IMG/VR virus record: IMGVR_UViG_3300025571_000145
Location: 1-31,149 of that record
Length of the DNA stretch: 31,149 nucleotides
DNA from: a virus
Lineage: Duplodnaviria > Caudoviricetes
Strand: one strand, 5' to 3'
Positions 7,709 through 17,900 of the stretch are shown piece after piece (position 1 is the first letter of the stretch; each line of letters opens with the position of its first letter). The translations under genes and the position numbers were made by a program. The notes under the pieces were generated by a model, which was not told the origin of the DNA, made no database searches, and was given only the letters and a program-made list of their open reading frames with translations.

Positions 7709-8548
7709 GTGTCTGAATCTGTGGTGTCCGAGTCCCCTGCCGCCGAGGTGCCGGAGGCTGTGGCTGGCTCCGACGAGGATGCTGCGGCGGAGGCGATGCT
7801 TGCCGCAGCGGTGGCTGCCGAGTCTGAGGGTGATGGTGAGGCCGGCGAGGGGCGGCCGGAGCGTTCTGTGCGCCGGTCTGGCCGGGGGCGGCAGTCTGAC
7901 CGTGTGCCGGACGCCGAGCCCGGCGGCAAGGAGCCTGACGAGCCGCCCGCCGAGGCCGAGGTGGGCCCTGATGGGTACCCGCTGAACACGCCGGTCAAGG
8001 ACATGACGCCTGAGCAGCAGGCGGCGTATTGGCGTGCGCAGGCGAAGAAGCACGAGAAGGCCGTCAGGGCCTTCGGCCGGTTCCGGCCGGAGCAGGTCAA
8101 GGAGATGGCCGAGCGGCTGCGCGAGATCGAGGACGCGCAGAAAAGCGAGGCCGAGCGGCTCGCCGAGCGCCTGGCGGAGGTGGAGCGGCGCGCCCGGGAG
8201 GCGGAGCTCGCCAAGGCGAGGCTGCTGGCGGCGTCGGCGCATTCGGTGCCCGCGAGCCTGGTGGAGCGGCTCGCCGGCGAGACCGAGGAGGAGATCCTCG
8301 AGGCGGCGGAGGCGCTGGCCGAGGGGATCGACGCCGAGGTTGAGCGTCGGCTGGAGCCGCTGGTTGAGAAGCGGGTTGCGGAGCGGCTTGCCGAGCTCGA
8401 GCAGGAGCGGAAGCAGCAGGCCGCGGAGCGTGCCCGTGCTCGTGGCGGGTGGCCGGTGGAGTCGCTGCGGCCTGGTGCGATGCCGGCATCGGAGGACCCG
8501 GACCCGAATGAGGCGTTCCGCCAGTTCTTGATGGGTGGTCGCCGTTAG
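7709..8548 (+). CDS. Capsid scaffolding protein
   Basis: Probable GTG 7709; acidic disordered N-terminus, YWRAQAKKHE motif, coiled coil, LAGETEEEILEAAEAL; directly precedes major capsid gene. Confidence 0.88.
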   Translation: MSESVVSESPAAEVPEAVAGSDEDAAAEAMLAAAVAAESEGDGEAGEGRPERSVRRSGRGRQSDRVPDAEPGGKEPDEPPAEAEVGPDGYPLNTPVKDMTPEQQAAYWRAQAKKHEKAVRAFGRFRPEQVKEMAERLREIEDAQKSEAERLAERLAEVERRAREAELAKARLLAASAHSVPASLVERLAGETEEEILEAAEALAEGIDAEVERRLEPLVEKRVAERLAELEQERKQQAAERARARGGWPVESLRPGAMPASEDPDPNEAFRQFLMGGRR

Positions 8549-8627
8549 TTCCCCTTGTTGGTTGAGCAGCGCCGGTTCCTTGCACGGGGCCCGGGGCCGC
8601 TGCTGTGTGCATTGAAGGGAGTGCCCC

Positions 8628-9578
8628 GTGCCTACCTACAGCGACATGATCACGCGGGACGTCAGCGACGATCCCCTTATTCCTGAGCCGGTGTCGGCTC
8701 AGATCATCCAGGAGCTGCCGTCGCAGTCCTTCCTGCTGCAGCGTGCCGCGCAGGTCCGGATGTCCACCAAGACGCAGCGGCAGCCGGTTCTTGACGTGCT
8801 GCCGACGGCGTACTGGGTGAGCGGCGATTCCGGGATGAAGCAGACCAGCGCGGTGGACTGGAAGAACGTGATGCTGGTCGCCGAGGAGCTCGCCGTCATT
8901 GTGCCGATCCCGGAGGCGTACCTGGATGACGCGCAGGTGCCGATCTGGGATGAGGTGCGTCCGCGGATCGTGGAGGCCCTCGGCTACAAGATCGACGCCG
9001 CGGGTCTTTTTGGTGTGGACAAGCCGTCGAGCTGGCCGGCGGACATCTACTCGTCTGCTGTGGCAGCCGGTAACACGGTGGTGGTCGGCACCGGCACCGA
9101 CTTTGCGCAGGATGTCGCGTCGCTGGGTGAGCTGATCGCCACCGACGGGTTCCAGATCACCGGTTTTGCCGCGCGGCCGGGGTTGAAGTGGCGGCTAGTC
9201 GGGCTGCGGTCGCAGGATGGTGTGCCGATCTACCAGCCTGACCTGCAGTCGGGTGGTGGCGGCATGCTGTACGGCTACCCGGTGACCGAGGTGTCGAACG
9301 GGTCCTGGGACTCGTCTGAGGCTGAGCTGATCGCCGGTGACTGGACGAAGTGCATCATCGGACTCCGGCAGGACATCACGTGGAAGATGTTCACCGAGGG
9401 TGTGATCAGCGACGGTGAGGGCAAGGTCGTCCTCAACCTGATGCAGCAGGACTCGGTTGCGCTGCGGGTGACGATGCGGATCGCGTATGCGACGAGCAAC
9501 CCGGTGACGCGGCTGAACATGGACGGTAACACTCGGTTCCCGTTCGGTGTGGTTCAGGCGTCGACGGCTGGTAGCTGA
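8628..9578 (+). CDS. Major capsid protein (HK97 fold)
   Basis: 316 aa, AAGGGAG SD; LIPEPVSAQII, AYWVSG, AEELAVIVPIPE, LYGYPV, NLMQQDSVALRVTMR motifs; ends ASTAGS. Confidence 0.95.
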   Translation: MPTYSDMITRDVSDDPLIPEPVSAQIIQELPSQSFLLQRAAQVRMSTKTQRQPVLDVLPTAYWVSGDSGMKQTSAVDWKNVMLVAEELAVIVPIPEAYLDDAQVPIWDEVRPRIVEALGYKIDAAGLFGVDKPSSWPADIYSSAVAAGNTVVVGTGTDFAQDVASLGELIATDGFQITGFAARPGLKWRLVGLRSQDGVPIYQPDLQSGGGGMLYGYPVTEVSNGSWDSSEAELIAGDWTKCIIGLRQDITWKMFTEGVISDGEGKVVLNLMQQDSVALRVTMRIAYATSNPVTRLNMDGNTRFPFGVVQASTAGS

Positions 9579-9702
9579 TCCCGCCTGGTTGCGGTGTGGG
9601 TGTTGGCGGCCGGTGCCGGCGCTGGTGGCGTGATGCGTGGGTGCCGGTGCCGGCCGCGGGGCCCTGGCTGGTTGTTGGTGTCTCCTGGATTGGAGTTGTG
9701 TG

Positions 9703-10719
9703 GTGCGCCTGTTGGCCATGCTCCACGCGTATCCGCCGCACCATAACGCGGGCGCGGAGTGGATGGTCCACACGATGTTGCGAGCCACGGTGGAGCGTGG
9801 CCACGAGGTGGACGTGGTGTTGTCGTCACGGCTGCAGGATGGGCCGTACGAGCTGGACGGGGTGCGTGTGCACCCGTACACCGGCAAGGGGGACCTGTTC
9901 CGGTTCTTGAACTCGGCGGATGCGCTGGTGACGCATCTGGAGTGCACGCGCCGGGCCATGGTGATCAGCCGGCTGCATGGTGTGCCGCTCATCCAGGTGC
10001 TGCACAACACGTTCGACCAGACGAGGAACTGGGTGCGCCGGGGCCCGTGTGCGCTGGCGGTTTACAACTCGGAGTGGATGCGCGCCGAGTTTGAGGCGTG
10101 GCTGGATTCGGTGCGTGCGCCGCGGCCGGATGCGGTGGTGGTGCGCCCGCCGGTGCTCGCCGAGGAGTACGCCACCAAGCCGGGTGACCGCGTCACGCTG
10201 ATCAACCTCTACCCGCCGAAGGGGTCGGGGACGTTCTGGCAGCTGGCCGAGCGGATGCCGGACGTGAAGTTTTTGGCGGTGATCGGCGGCTACGGCCCGC
10301 AGGACGTGCGGGAGCTGCCGAACGTGGAGGTCGTGCCGAACGTGCCGGGCCAGCGGATGCGGGATGAGGTGTATGCGCGCACCAAGATCCTGCTCATGCC
10401 GTCGGAGTATGAGTCGTGGGGGCGGGTCGGGGTGGAGGCGATGGCCTCCGGTATCCCGGTGATCGCGCACCCCACCCCGGGCCTGTGCGAGTCCCTCGGT
10501 GAGGCCGGGATCTTTGTGGACCGCGACGATTTGGACGGCTGGGAGCGGGAGATCCGCCGGCTGCTGACGCCGCGCGCCTACGGCACCGCCTCCAAGAAGG
10601 CGAAGGCGCGGTCGGCGGAGCTGGATCCGGCGCCGGATCTGGAGCGGTGGGTGGCGGCCGCGGAGATGGTCGCGGCGCAGCGTGACCGGATGCGCATGCT
10701 CGCCCGGCTGACGCACTAA
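9703..10719 (+). CDS. Glycosyltransferase family 4 (GT-B), copy 1
   Basis: Start GTG 9703 chosen by alignment with copy 2 (MRLLAMLHAYPPHHNAGAE); KG motif and E-X7-E motif in LMPSEYESWGRVGVEAMASGIPVI. Confidence 0.92.
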   Translation: MRLLAMLHAYPPHHNAGAEWMVHTMLRATVERGHEVDVVLSSRLQDGPYELDGVRVHPYTGKGDLFRFLNSADALVTHLECTRRAMVISRLHGVPLIQVLHNTFDQTRNWVRRGPCALAVYNSEWMRAEFEAWLDSVRAPRPDAVVVRPPVLAEEYATKPGDRVTLINLYPPKGSGTFWQLAERMPDVKFLAVIGGYGPQDVRELPNVEVVPNVPGQRMRDEVYARTKILLMPSEYESWGRVGVEAMASGIPVIAHPTPGLCESLGEAGIFVDRDDLDGWEREIRRLLTPRAYGTASKKAKARSAELDPAPDLERWVAAAEMVAAQRDRMRMLARLTH

Positions 10720-10734
10720 AAGGGGGGGTGTCCG

Positions 10735-11352
10735 GTGGAGAGTCTGGCGACTGAGGCCGACCTGGTCGCGCGGCTCGGCCGGGACCTGACCGACGATGAG
10801 CGGGTGCGGGTGTGCGCGCTGCTGGCGGACGCCTCTGCGCTGATCCGGGGCTATACCGGCCGCGATTTCACCCAGGCTGTGGATGACACGGTGGTGCTGC
10901 GCGCGACCGGGGGGACGCTCCGGCTGCCGCAGCGGCCCGTGATCGAGGTCAAGCGGGTGGAGGCGATCGGCGTCAGCGGCGCCCCCGACATCACGCTCGC
11001 CGACTGGCTGTTCGACGGGATCGACCAGATCCGGCTCGGCGAGGGCAATTGGATCATCAACCTGCCGGAGATCTGGTGGGACGATGACGGCTTCCCCGGC
11101 ACCTACCGGGTGACCTACACGCACGGGTATGCGCAGGTGCCGCCGGATGTGGTGGCGGTGGCGTGCCAGATGACGCTGCGCACGCTGACCTCCCCGGCGA
11201 TGGTCGGCGGGGTGACGAGCGAGACGGTGGGCCCCTACAGCTACCGGTCGGAGACGCCCGGTCAGGGGCTGGCGGTGACGTTGACGGATGCCGAGCGGCG
11301 GGTGCTGGACCGGTACCGGACGACCACCGGCACGATCACAGTGAGGATCTAG
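10735..11352 (+). CDS. Head-to-tail adaptor
   Basis: LATEADLVARLGRDL...LLADASALIRGY, VTYTHGY..VPPDV, SETVGPYSY, LTDAERRVL; position after capsid. Confidence 0.85.
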   Translation: MESLATEADLVARLGRDLTDDERVRVCALLADASALIRGYTGRDFTQAVDDTVVLRATGGTLRLPQRPVIEVKRVEAIGVSGAPDITLADWLFDGIDQIRLGEGNWIINLPEIWWDDDGFPGTYRVTYTHGYAQVPPDVVAVACQMTLRTLTSPAMVGGVTSETVGPYSYRSETPGQGLAVTLTDAERRVLDRYRTTTGTITVRI

Positions 11353-12342
11353 ATGCGGGTTTTGGCGCGGTTCCACGCCTACGTGCCGGAGCACGGCGGC
11401 GGGGCGGAGGTGATGGCGCACACGCTCCTGCGTGAGCTGGTGGCGCGTGGCCACCAGGTGCGGGTGTGGCTGTCCCAGCACAACGGGCGGCGCGAGCCGT
11501 ACCGGGTGGACGGGGTCGAGGTGATCCCGGTCAAGGCGCGGCAGGATTTCCTGCGCTTGGCGCGGGATAGCGATGTGGTGGTCTCGCATCTGGAGAACGT
11601 GCGGGCAGCGGCGGCGGCCGCGCGCGGCTGGGGCCGCCCGCTGGTGGTGTTGTGCCACAACACTTTCCCCGCCACCTTCTCCGCGGTCGGGTCTGGCACG
11701 ACCGCGCTGGCGGTCTACAACAGCCAGTGGATGGCGGCGGAAGCCGAGCGATGGTTCGCGGAGAACCCTAAGGCCGCGCGTCCGCTGGCGAGTGTGGTGG
11801 TCCGGCCGCCGGTGCGCGCAGCCGACTACCGCACCACCCCCGGCGACCACATCACGCTGGTCAACCTGCACAAGCCCAAGGGCGGGGATGTGCTGTGGCG
11901 GCTCGCCGAGCGCATGCCGAACCACCGGTTCCTCGCCGTCAAGGGCGCCTACGGTGAGCAGATCGTCGGGCAGGCGCCGAATGTTGAGGTGGTCGAGCAT
12001 GTGCCGCCGGCGCAGATGGCCGAGCGGGTGTATGCGCGCACCCGTGTGCTGATCATGCCGAGCGAGTATGAGTCGTGGGGTCGGGTCGGGGTGGAGGCGA
12101 TGGCCTCCGGTATCCCGGTCGTGGCCACCCCCACCCCGGGCCTGTGCGAGTCCCTCGGTGAGGCCGGGATTTTCGTCGAGCGTGATGACCTGGACGGCTG
12201 GGTGGCGGCGCTCACCGCGCTCGACGACGCGGAGGCGTGGCAGGCCGCGTCGAAGCAGGCTAAGGCCCGGGTGCGTCAGCTCGACCCTGCCGCGGACCTG
12301 GCGCGGTGGGTTGAGGCGGTCGAGAGGCTGGGCCGGCGATGA
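11353..12342 (+). CDS. Glycosyltransferase family 4 (GT-B), copy 2
   Basis: GGGAE N-terminal loop, KPKGG, IMPSEYESWGRVGVEAMASGIPVV; ATG abuts adaptor TAG and its TGA overlaps the next ATG. Confidence 0.92.
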   Translation: MRVLARFHAYVPEHGGGAEVMAHTLLRELVARGHQVRVWLSQHNGRREPYRVDGVEVIPVKARQDFLRLARDSDVVVSHLENVRAAAAAARGWGRPLVVLCHNTFPATFSAVGSGTTALAVYNSQWMAAEAERWFAENPKAARPLASVVVRPPVRAADYRTTPGDHITLVNLHKPKGGDVLWRLAERMPNHRFLAVKGAYGEQIVGQAPNVEVVEHVPPAQMAERVYARTRVLIMPSEYESWGRVGVEAMASGIPVVATPTPGLCESLGEAGIFVERDDLDGWVAALTALDDAEAWQAASKQAKARVRQLDPAADLARWVEAVERLGRR

Positions 12343-12665
12343 CCAGGGGTGAGACCGTGACGGTGCTGACCCGCTCGCCGGCCGGGCGCGACGCCCACGG
12401 CAACGAGATCTGGACGTGGGCTGAGCGGGACGTGGCGGGCTGCATCGTCTGGCCGAGCGGGAGCAGCGAGCAGACCGAGGCGCGGGACACGGTCACCGAC
12501 CGGATCAACGTCTCGTTCCCGTATGGGACGGATCTCTCGGCGGTGTCGCGGATGCGGGTCCGCGGCGAGCTGTATGAGGTGGACGGCACACCGGAGCAGT
12601 GGAGCTCGCCGTTTACCGGGTGGCGGGCCGGTGTGCTGGCCCGCGGGGTGAAGGTCACCGGCTAG
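12339..12665 (+). CDS. Head-to-tail stopper
   Basis: 108 aa; GETVTVL...RDAHGN, RVRGELYEVDGTPEQWSSPFTG. Confidence 0.82.
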   Translation: MTRGETVTVLTRSPAGRDAHGNEIWTWAERDVAGCIVWPSGSSEQTEARDTVTDRINVSFPYGTDLSAVSRMRVRGELYEVDGTPEQWSSPFTGWRAGVLARGVKVTG

Positions 12666-12689
12666 CGCAGCGCGTCCTTGAGGGAGGGG

Positions 12690-13007
12690 ATGGCGGTGGC
12701 GGCGGCTCGTGCACGGTATCGGCCGGACATCCGCGGTTTTGGCCGTGTCCTGGCCTCCCGGCAGATGCAGGAGGAGATGCGGCAGCGTGCCGAGCGGGTC
12801 GCGCGCCGCGCCCGCGAGCTGGCGCCGGTGGACACCGGCGAGTACGCCCGGTCGTTCCGTGTCGAGGTCGGTGTGCGGGAGGGTCCGCGGCCGCGCGCCG
12901 TGGCCTTGGTGATCAACGACGATGTGGCGGCGCCGTATGTGGAGTGGGGCACGAGCCGTACGCCCCGCTACAGGGTGATGGGCCGGGCCGCGGAGAGTGC
13001 CCTATGA
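12690..13007 (+). CDS. HK97 gp10-like neck / tail-completion protein
   Basis: ATG 12690 after GGAGG; APVDTGEYARSF and APYVEWGTS motifs. Confidence 0.82.
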   Translation: MAVAAARARYRPDIRGFGRVLASRQMQEEMRQRAERVARRARELAPVDTGEYARSFRVEVGVREGPRPRAVALVINDDVAAPYVEWGTSRTPRYRVMGRAAESAL

Positions 13008-13387
13008 GCGTCGTGGTTGATATTGAGGCGCTGATGGTGGCCTGGGTCACGGATGTGGTCAGGCTGCCGGCGAGCACGGAGACACCGGCGGATCTGGAGT
13101 CGCGGGTGCCGTTTGTGCAGGTGACCGGCACAGGCGGCGACCATGACGGGTACCGCCGGGATGAGCCCAGCGTGGACATCAGCGTATTCGCGGCCACGAC
13201 GGTGGAGGCGGCCGACTGGGCCGGCCGGATCCACTGGCTGCTGCATGAGCAGCTGGCCGAATCGGTCTACGACGGGGTGTCGGTCAACCGGGTGCGCACG
13301 TCGGTGCGGCCGCACCGGGTGCCGTACGACAACCCGGCTCTGCGCCGCTACGAGGCGAGCTACAGCCTGGTGGTGCACCCCGTCTAG
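13004..13387 (+). CDS. Tail terminator protein
   Basis: ATG 13004 overlapping previous TGA; DIEALMVAW, PFVQVTGTGG, PSVDISVFA, PYDNPALRRY; precedes major tail gene. Confidence 0.8.
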   Translation: MSVVVDIEALMVAWVTDVVRLPASTETPADLESRVPFVQVTGTGGDHDGYRRDEPSVDISVFAATTVEAADWAGRIHWLLHEQLAESVYDGVSVNRVRTSVRPHRVPYDNPALRRYEASYSLVVHPV

Positions 13388-13406
13388 CAGCACTTTTTTC
13401 CTGTTC

Positions 13407-13439
13407 GCCCCCCGGGGCCGCCGGTCGCGGGGGCTTTTT
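13407..13439 (+). terminator. Possible intrinsic terminator/leader hairpin before major tail gene
   Basis: GCCCCC...GGGGGC imperfect stem followed by TTTTT. Confidence 0.45.
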
Positions 13440-13466
13440 GCTGCCCCAGCATGTGAGGAGCACATC

Positions 13467-14051
13467 ATGCCCACTATCTACCGGGACGCCAAGCTCGCGG
13501 TGGTCGGCACCAACGGCGGTGTCTGGGTGGCGCCGCTGGGTACGGCGCAGCCGTCGGACCCCGAGGAGCAGCCGCCTGCGCCGTGGCTGGCCATCGGCGC
13601 GATCTCCACTGATGGTCTGACGAATGGTGTTGAGGAGGACACCGAGCAGTTCACTCCGTGGGGTCTGACCTCGCCTTTCCGCACGGTTGTGACGAGCTCG
13701 GTGCGGACTTTCAGCTTCACGGCGTGGGAGATCAATCGCCCGATCGTGCGGGCCCTGCAGAACCGGCTCGAGGTGGATGACCTGCAGCCGGATCTGGACG
13801 GGATCGTCCGGTACGCCGAGTCCGGCACGGCGGAGCCGGACCGCCGCAGCTGGCTGATCGACGTGTATGACGGCCAGGTGTGGGAGCGTTTCTACATCCC
13901 CGAGGGTGAGATCACCGAGCGTGGCGAGGTGACCTACCAGCAGGGTGAGATGGTCGGGTACGAGTGGACGATCTCCACCTACCCCGACTCGGCCGGGAAC
14001 CTGGTCTACCACAGCTACTTTGCGCCTCAGGTGGAGGATCACCTGTCCTGA
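13467..14051 (+). CDS. Major tail (tube) protein
   Basis: ATG 13467 after GAGGAG; GGVWVAPLGT, IGAISTDGL, EITERGEVTY, VGYEWTISTYPD; 194 aa ending EDHLS. Confidence 0.92.
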   Translation: MPTIYRDAKLAVVGTNGGVWVAPLGTAQPSDPEEQPPAPWLAIGAISTDGLTNGVEEDTEQFTPWGLTSPFRTVVTSSVRTFSFTAWEINRPIVRALQNRLEVDDLQPDLDGIVRYAESGTAEPDRRSWLIDVYDGQVWERFYIPEGEITERGEVTYQQGEMVGYEWTISTYPDSAGNLVYHSYFAPQVEDHLS

Positions 14052-14365
14052 TGACTACCAACAAGATCGCCCAGGAGCCGGTCAGCCTGTTCTCGCTTCG
14101 CCGGCGTGCGCAGGAGGCCAAGAAGGAGCCGTTCACGTTCGATGTGGACGGCAAGATTTTCACGATGAGGGACCCGACCGAGGCCGACTGGCAGGTCACC
14201 GCGGCGCTCGGCAGGGGCGAGGGTGACCTGCGCGAGTTCATGCGCGAGCTCCTCGGCGACGATTACGAGGAGTTCGCCAAGATCCGCGGCATCAGCAGCG
14301 CTGACATCAACGCGCTGATCGAGGCCGCCACCCGCCACTACCAGGGGGTCGGCCGGGGGGAATAG
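14051..14365 (+). CDS. Tail assembly chaperone (gpG-like)
   Basis: ATG overlaps major tail TGA; 104 aa ending RGE* with slippery G GGG GAA before the stop. Confidence 0.88.
   Translation: MTTNKIAQEPVSLFSLRRRAQEAKKEPFTFDVDGKIFTMRDPTEADWQVTAALGRGEGDLREFMRELLGDDYEEFAKIRGISSADINALIEAATRHYQGVGRGE
14356..14362 (+). other. Programmed -1 ribosomal frameshift site GGGGGAA
   Basis: G-GGG-GAA-TAG; the -1 frame is open from here to 14883. Confidence 0.85.
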
Positions 14366-14883
14366 CCGGCCTGGCCCGCCTGCTCGGCGAGCACTATGAC
14401 GCGGTCGAGGCCGACCTGTGGCGCTACTACCAGCTGGATGTGCGGGATCTGTGGCGCCCAGGCGGCGGCCGCTCGGCGCTGACGTGGCGGCTGCTCGGCA
14501 ATTTGATCCGGCATCTGCCGCCGGAGTCCGCGGTCAAGACCGAGCTGCGGAACGCGATGAGCGACGCCGAGATCAAACGGCTCGCCGAGGAGGCCGACCC
14601 GTCGCAGGGTCAGTGGTCACACACGGAGATGCTGATCGCGTCGCTGATCGACGCGGTGCGCACCAACACGTTCGTGCTGCAGCGGGTCAACGGCGTCAAG
14701 GTCAAGGCGCCGGAGCCGATCCCGCGGCCGGGTGTGCCCTCCAAGAAGCGCAAGAAGCGCCGGCAGCTGACTCCTGAGCAGACGGCTCTGGTGCTGGCGC
14801 GGATCCGCGGGGAGCGGGTGCCGCTTGGCCGCGGCATGTGGGTGCAGTCCCCGCCTGGTCTGGTTACTCGTCCTGTCCGGTAG
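14362..14883 (+). CDS. C-terminal (-1 frame) part of gpGT-like tail assembly chaperone
   Basis: Reads IAGLARLLGEHYDAVEADLWRYYQLDVRDLW...LPPESA...PEPIPRPGV; lies directly before the tape measure gene. Confidence 0.85.
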   Translation: MAGLARLLGEHYDAVEADLWRYYQLDVRDLWRPGGGRSALTWRLLGNLIRHLPPESAVKTELRNAMSDAEIKRLAEEADPSQGQWSHTEMLIASLIDAVRTNTFVLQRVNGVKVKAPEPIPRPGVPSKKRKKRRQLTPEQTALVLARIRGERVPLGRGMWVQSPPGLVTRPVR

Positions 14884-14927
14884 TCGCCGGGGTGGCCCCG
14901 GCTCACCTTGCGAAAGGGGGTGAGCCG

Positions 14928-17900
14928 GTGGCCCAGTTCGTCGCCGGTGAGGTCGTCGTCCCCGTCGTCCCGGACGCGCGGGGTTTCCACCGGGAGCTGC
15001 GCAAGAGCCTGGTTCCCGGTGCGGAGCAGATCGGCCGGGAGGTCGGTGCGCAGATCGCCCGGGGTGTGCAGGCGCAGCTGGGGGATGTGTATGCGCCGCT
15101 GCGTGAGGCGGCTCGGCGGGAGCAGGCGCGTGCGGGGCAGGACGGTGCGCAGGTCGGTGGCGCGTTCGCCCGCGGGGTGAAAGCCCAGCTTGAGGCGGCG
15201 TTCCGTTCGCTGCCGAAGATCGAGCTCGACGCCGACGCGAGCGAGGCGCAGCGCAAGGTCCAGGAGCTTCGTGCCCGGATCGAGACCCTCTCCGGCAAGA
15301 CGGTCGGCATCGACATCGATGCCGGGGCCGCGCTGGCCGAGGTGGCGGCGATCCGGCGCGAGCTGGAGCAGCTCGACGGCAAGGACGCGTCCGTTGATGT
15401 CCGTGCGGACATCGGCCAGGCGCTTGCGCAGCTCGCCGCGGCGGAGACGGCGCTGTCCGGGTTGGATGGCCGGACGGCGCACGTCCGCGTGGATGTGGAC
15501 ATCTCCGGCGCGCTGGCGGCGATCGGGACGCTGTCGATGGCGCTGGCCGGTTTGGCGGCGATCCCGGTCGGTGCGTCGCTGACGGCGGGGATCGCCGGGA
15601 TGCTCGGCCCGCTCGCCGCCGCCGGCGCCGGGTTCGCGGGGCTTGCGGCGGTGGCGATCCCCAGCATTGGCCGGATCAATGAGGCGCTGGAGGAGCAGGA
15701 GAAGGCCGGGCAGCGGGCCGCGTCCGGGCTGACTGCTGCCGCTGGTGCGACCCGGAATCTGGCGATTGAGTCGCTGCAGGCGCAGATCCGGCAGCTGCAG
15801 GCCGCCAACGCCGCCGACCAGCTACGGAACGCCCAAGACCGGGTCAAAGACGCCGTTGCCGGGGTTGCCGCGGCGAAAGACAGGCTCAAGCAGGCGGCCC
15901 AGTCGGCGGCGCAGGCGCAGGCCGCGGCCGCGCAGCGGGTGGCGCAGGCCGAGCGTGCGCTGGCGGACGCGCAGAAGGCAGCGATCCGCGCTCAAGAGGA
16001 CTTGAACAGGGCCAGGCAGCAGGCGATCAAAACCCTCGCCGACCTGGGGCGCAGTCTCCGCGGCAACGCGCTCGATCAGCGTGAAGCGGCGTTGGACCTG
16101 CGGGAGGCCGAGGCGGAGCTGGCCAAGGCCCGCGAGAAGGGCGACCCGGAGGCGATCGAGCGGGCCGAGATCGCCTACGAGCGGATCAAATTGCGGATCG
16201 AGGAGCTGCAGGTCCAGGAGCAGGAGCTGCAGGAGCAGCAGGCCAAGGGGGTTGAGGGCCAGGACGCCGTTGTCGCCGCCAAGGAGCGGCTCGAGCAGGC
16301 CAGCCAGCGGGTGCTCGACCAGGAGAAGGCGCTTGCGAAGGCGTACGAGGACGCCGGGAAGGCGGGTGAGGAGGCCGCCCGTCGTGTGGCGGAGGCGCGG
16401 AAGGCGGTCCGGCAGGCCGAGGAACGCGTTGACGACGCCAAGCGTGCGCTCGAGGCGCTGAAGCGGCAGCAGCAGATCCAAAAGCTTCAGGAGAAGATCC
16501 AGAAGATCCGGGAGCGGGAGCAGGCCAAGGCGCAGGCCGCGGCGGCCGCGCGTGCCGCGCAGGCGGCGGCTGCCGCTCAGGCGAAGGCGACGGAGAAGAC
16601 CCGCGCCTTGACGCCGGCGGAGCGCGCGGCCGCCGAGCAGATCAAGGCGTTCAAGGACGCCTACGAGGATTTCCAGAAGGCGCTGGCGCCGAGCGTGCTG
16701 CCGGCGATCACCGGTGCGCTGGGTCTGCTGCAGAAGGCGTTCAAGCCGTTGACGCCGCTGGTGCAGGGCACGGCCGGCGCGCTCGTCGAGCTCGAGAAGA
16801 GTGCGGGGCGTGCGCTCGGCGGTGACTTTTGGCAGGGGTTTTTCCGGGACCTGTCCGCCCAGGCGCCCGACGCTGTGACCGGGCTCGGCAAGAGCATAGG
16901 GAACATCACGACCGGTATCGCCGGGCTCATCCGGGCGTTTCTGCCGTTTGTGCCGACGTTCGTCGGCGGGCTGGAGCAGGCGACCGCGGCTTTCGCTAAG
17001 TGGGGCCAGGATCTCGGGAAGTCCGAGGGTTTCAAGGCCTTCATGGACTATGTCCGGCAGACCGCCCCGACGGTCATCGGGATCTTCAAGGACATTTGGA
17101 CGGTCCTGACGAATCTGCTGTCGGGGCTGGCTGGGGACGGCGCGACCGCGCTCGACATCGTCAAGAGCATTACGGGCTGGCTGGCCAGTTTGTCGCCGGA
17201 GACGCTGCGGGCGTTCACCCTCGCCGTGCTCGGCGTGGTCGCCGCGTTCAAAACGTGGAAGATCATCAAGACCACGGTCGACGGTGTGCGCCGGGCGATT
17301 CAGATCGCTCAGACGGTCTGGTCGGGGCTGTCGAAGGCGGCGTCGCTGGCGGCCAAGGGGGTCAGCCTGGCCGCCAAGGGGATCGGGGCCGCGGCGCGCG
17401 GGGTCGGCGCGGCGTGGTCGGGGATCTCGACGGCGGCGCAGCGGGCCGCGCAGGTGGCCCGGTCGGCGGGGTCGGCGATCGCGAACGCGGCGCGTACCGC
17501 CGGGTCGGTCGCTGCGCGCGGCGCGACCGCGGCGTGGGACGGGATCCGCACGGCGGCGCAGCGCGCCGGCGCGGCGGCCCGCACGGCCGGGACGGCGATC
17601 GCGAACGGTGCGCGGGCTGCGGCCGGCGCGGCGGCGTCGCTTGGCCGGGCCGCGCTCGAGTACGGCAAGATCGCCGCGCAGGCTGCGTTGGCGCGGGCCC
17701 GGACGCTGGCGTTTGCGGCGACGCAGGCGGTGATCCGCGGGGCGACGCTGGCGTGGGCCGCCGCGCAGAAGGTCCTCAACATCGCGCTCAAGGCCAACCC
17801 GATCGGCCTGATCGTCACCGCGATTGGGTTGCTGGTCGCCGGGCTGGTCTACGCCTGGAACAACTCCGAAACGTTCCGGAACATTGTCACGGCGGCGTGG

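Noticed and set aside
9579-9702. Extra small gene or extended GT N-terminus after the capsid gene
   Set aside because: G/T-rich low-complexity spacer; alignment with GT copy 2 puts the start at 9703.
9703-12342. Serotype-conversion (gtrABC-like) or DNA-modification role for the glycosyltransferases
   Set aside because: No flippase, membrane GT or base-hydroxylation genes in the window, and both are embedded among structural genes; disfavoured rather than excluded.
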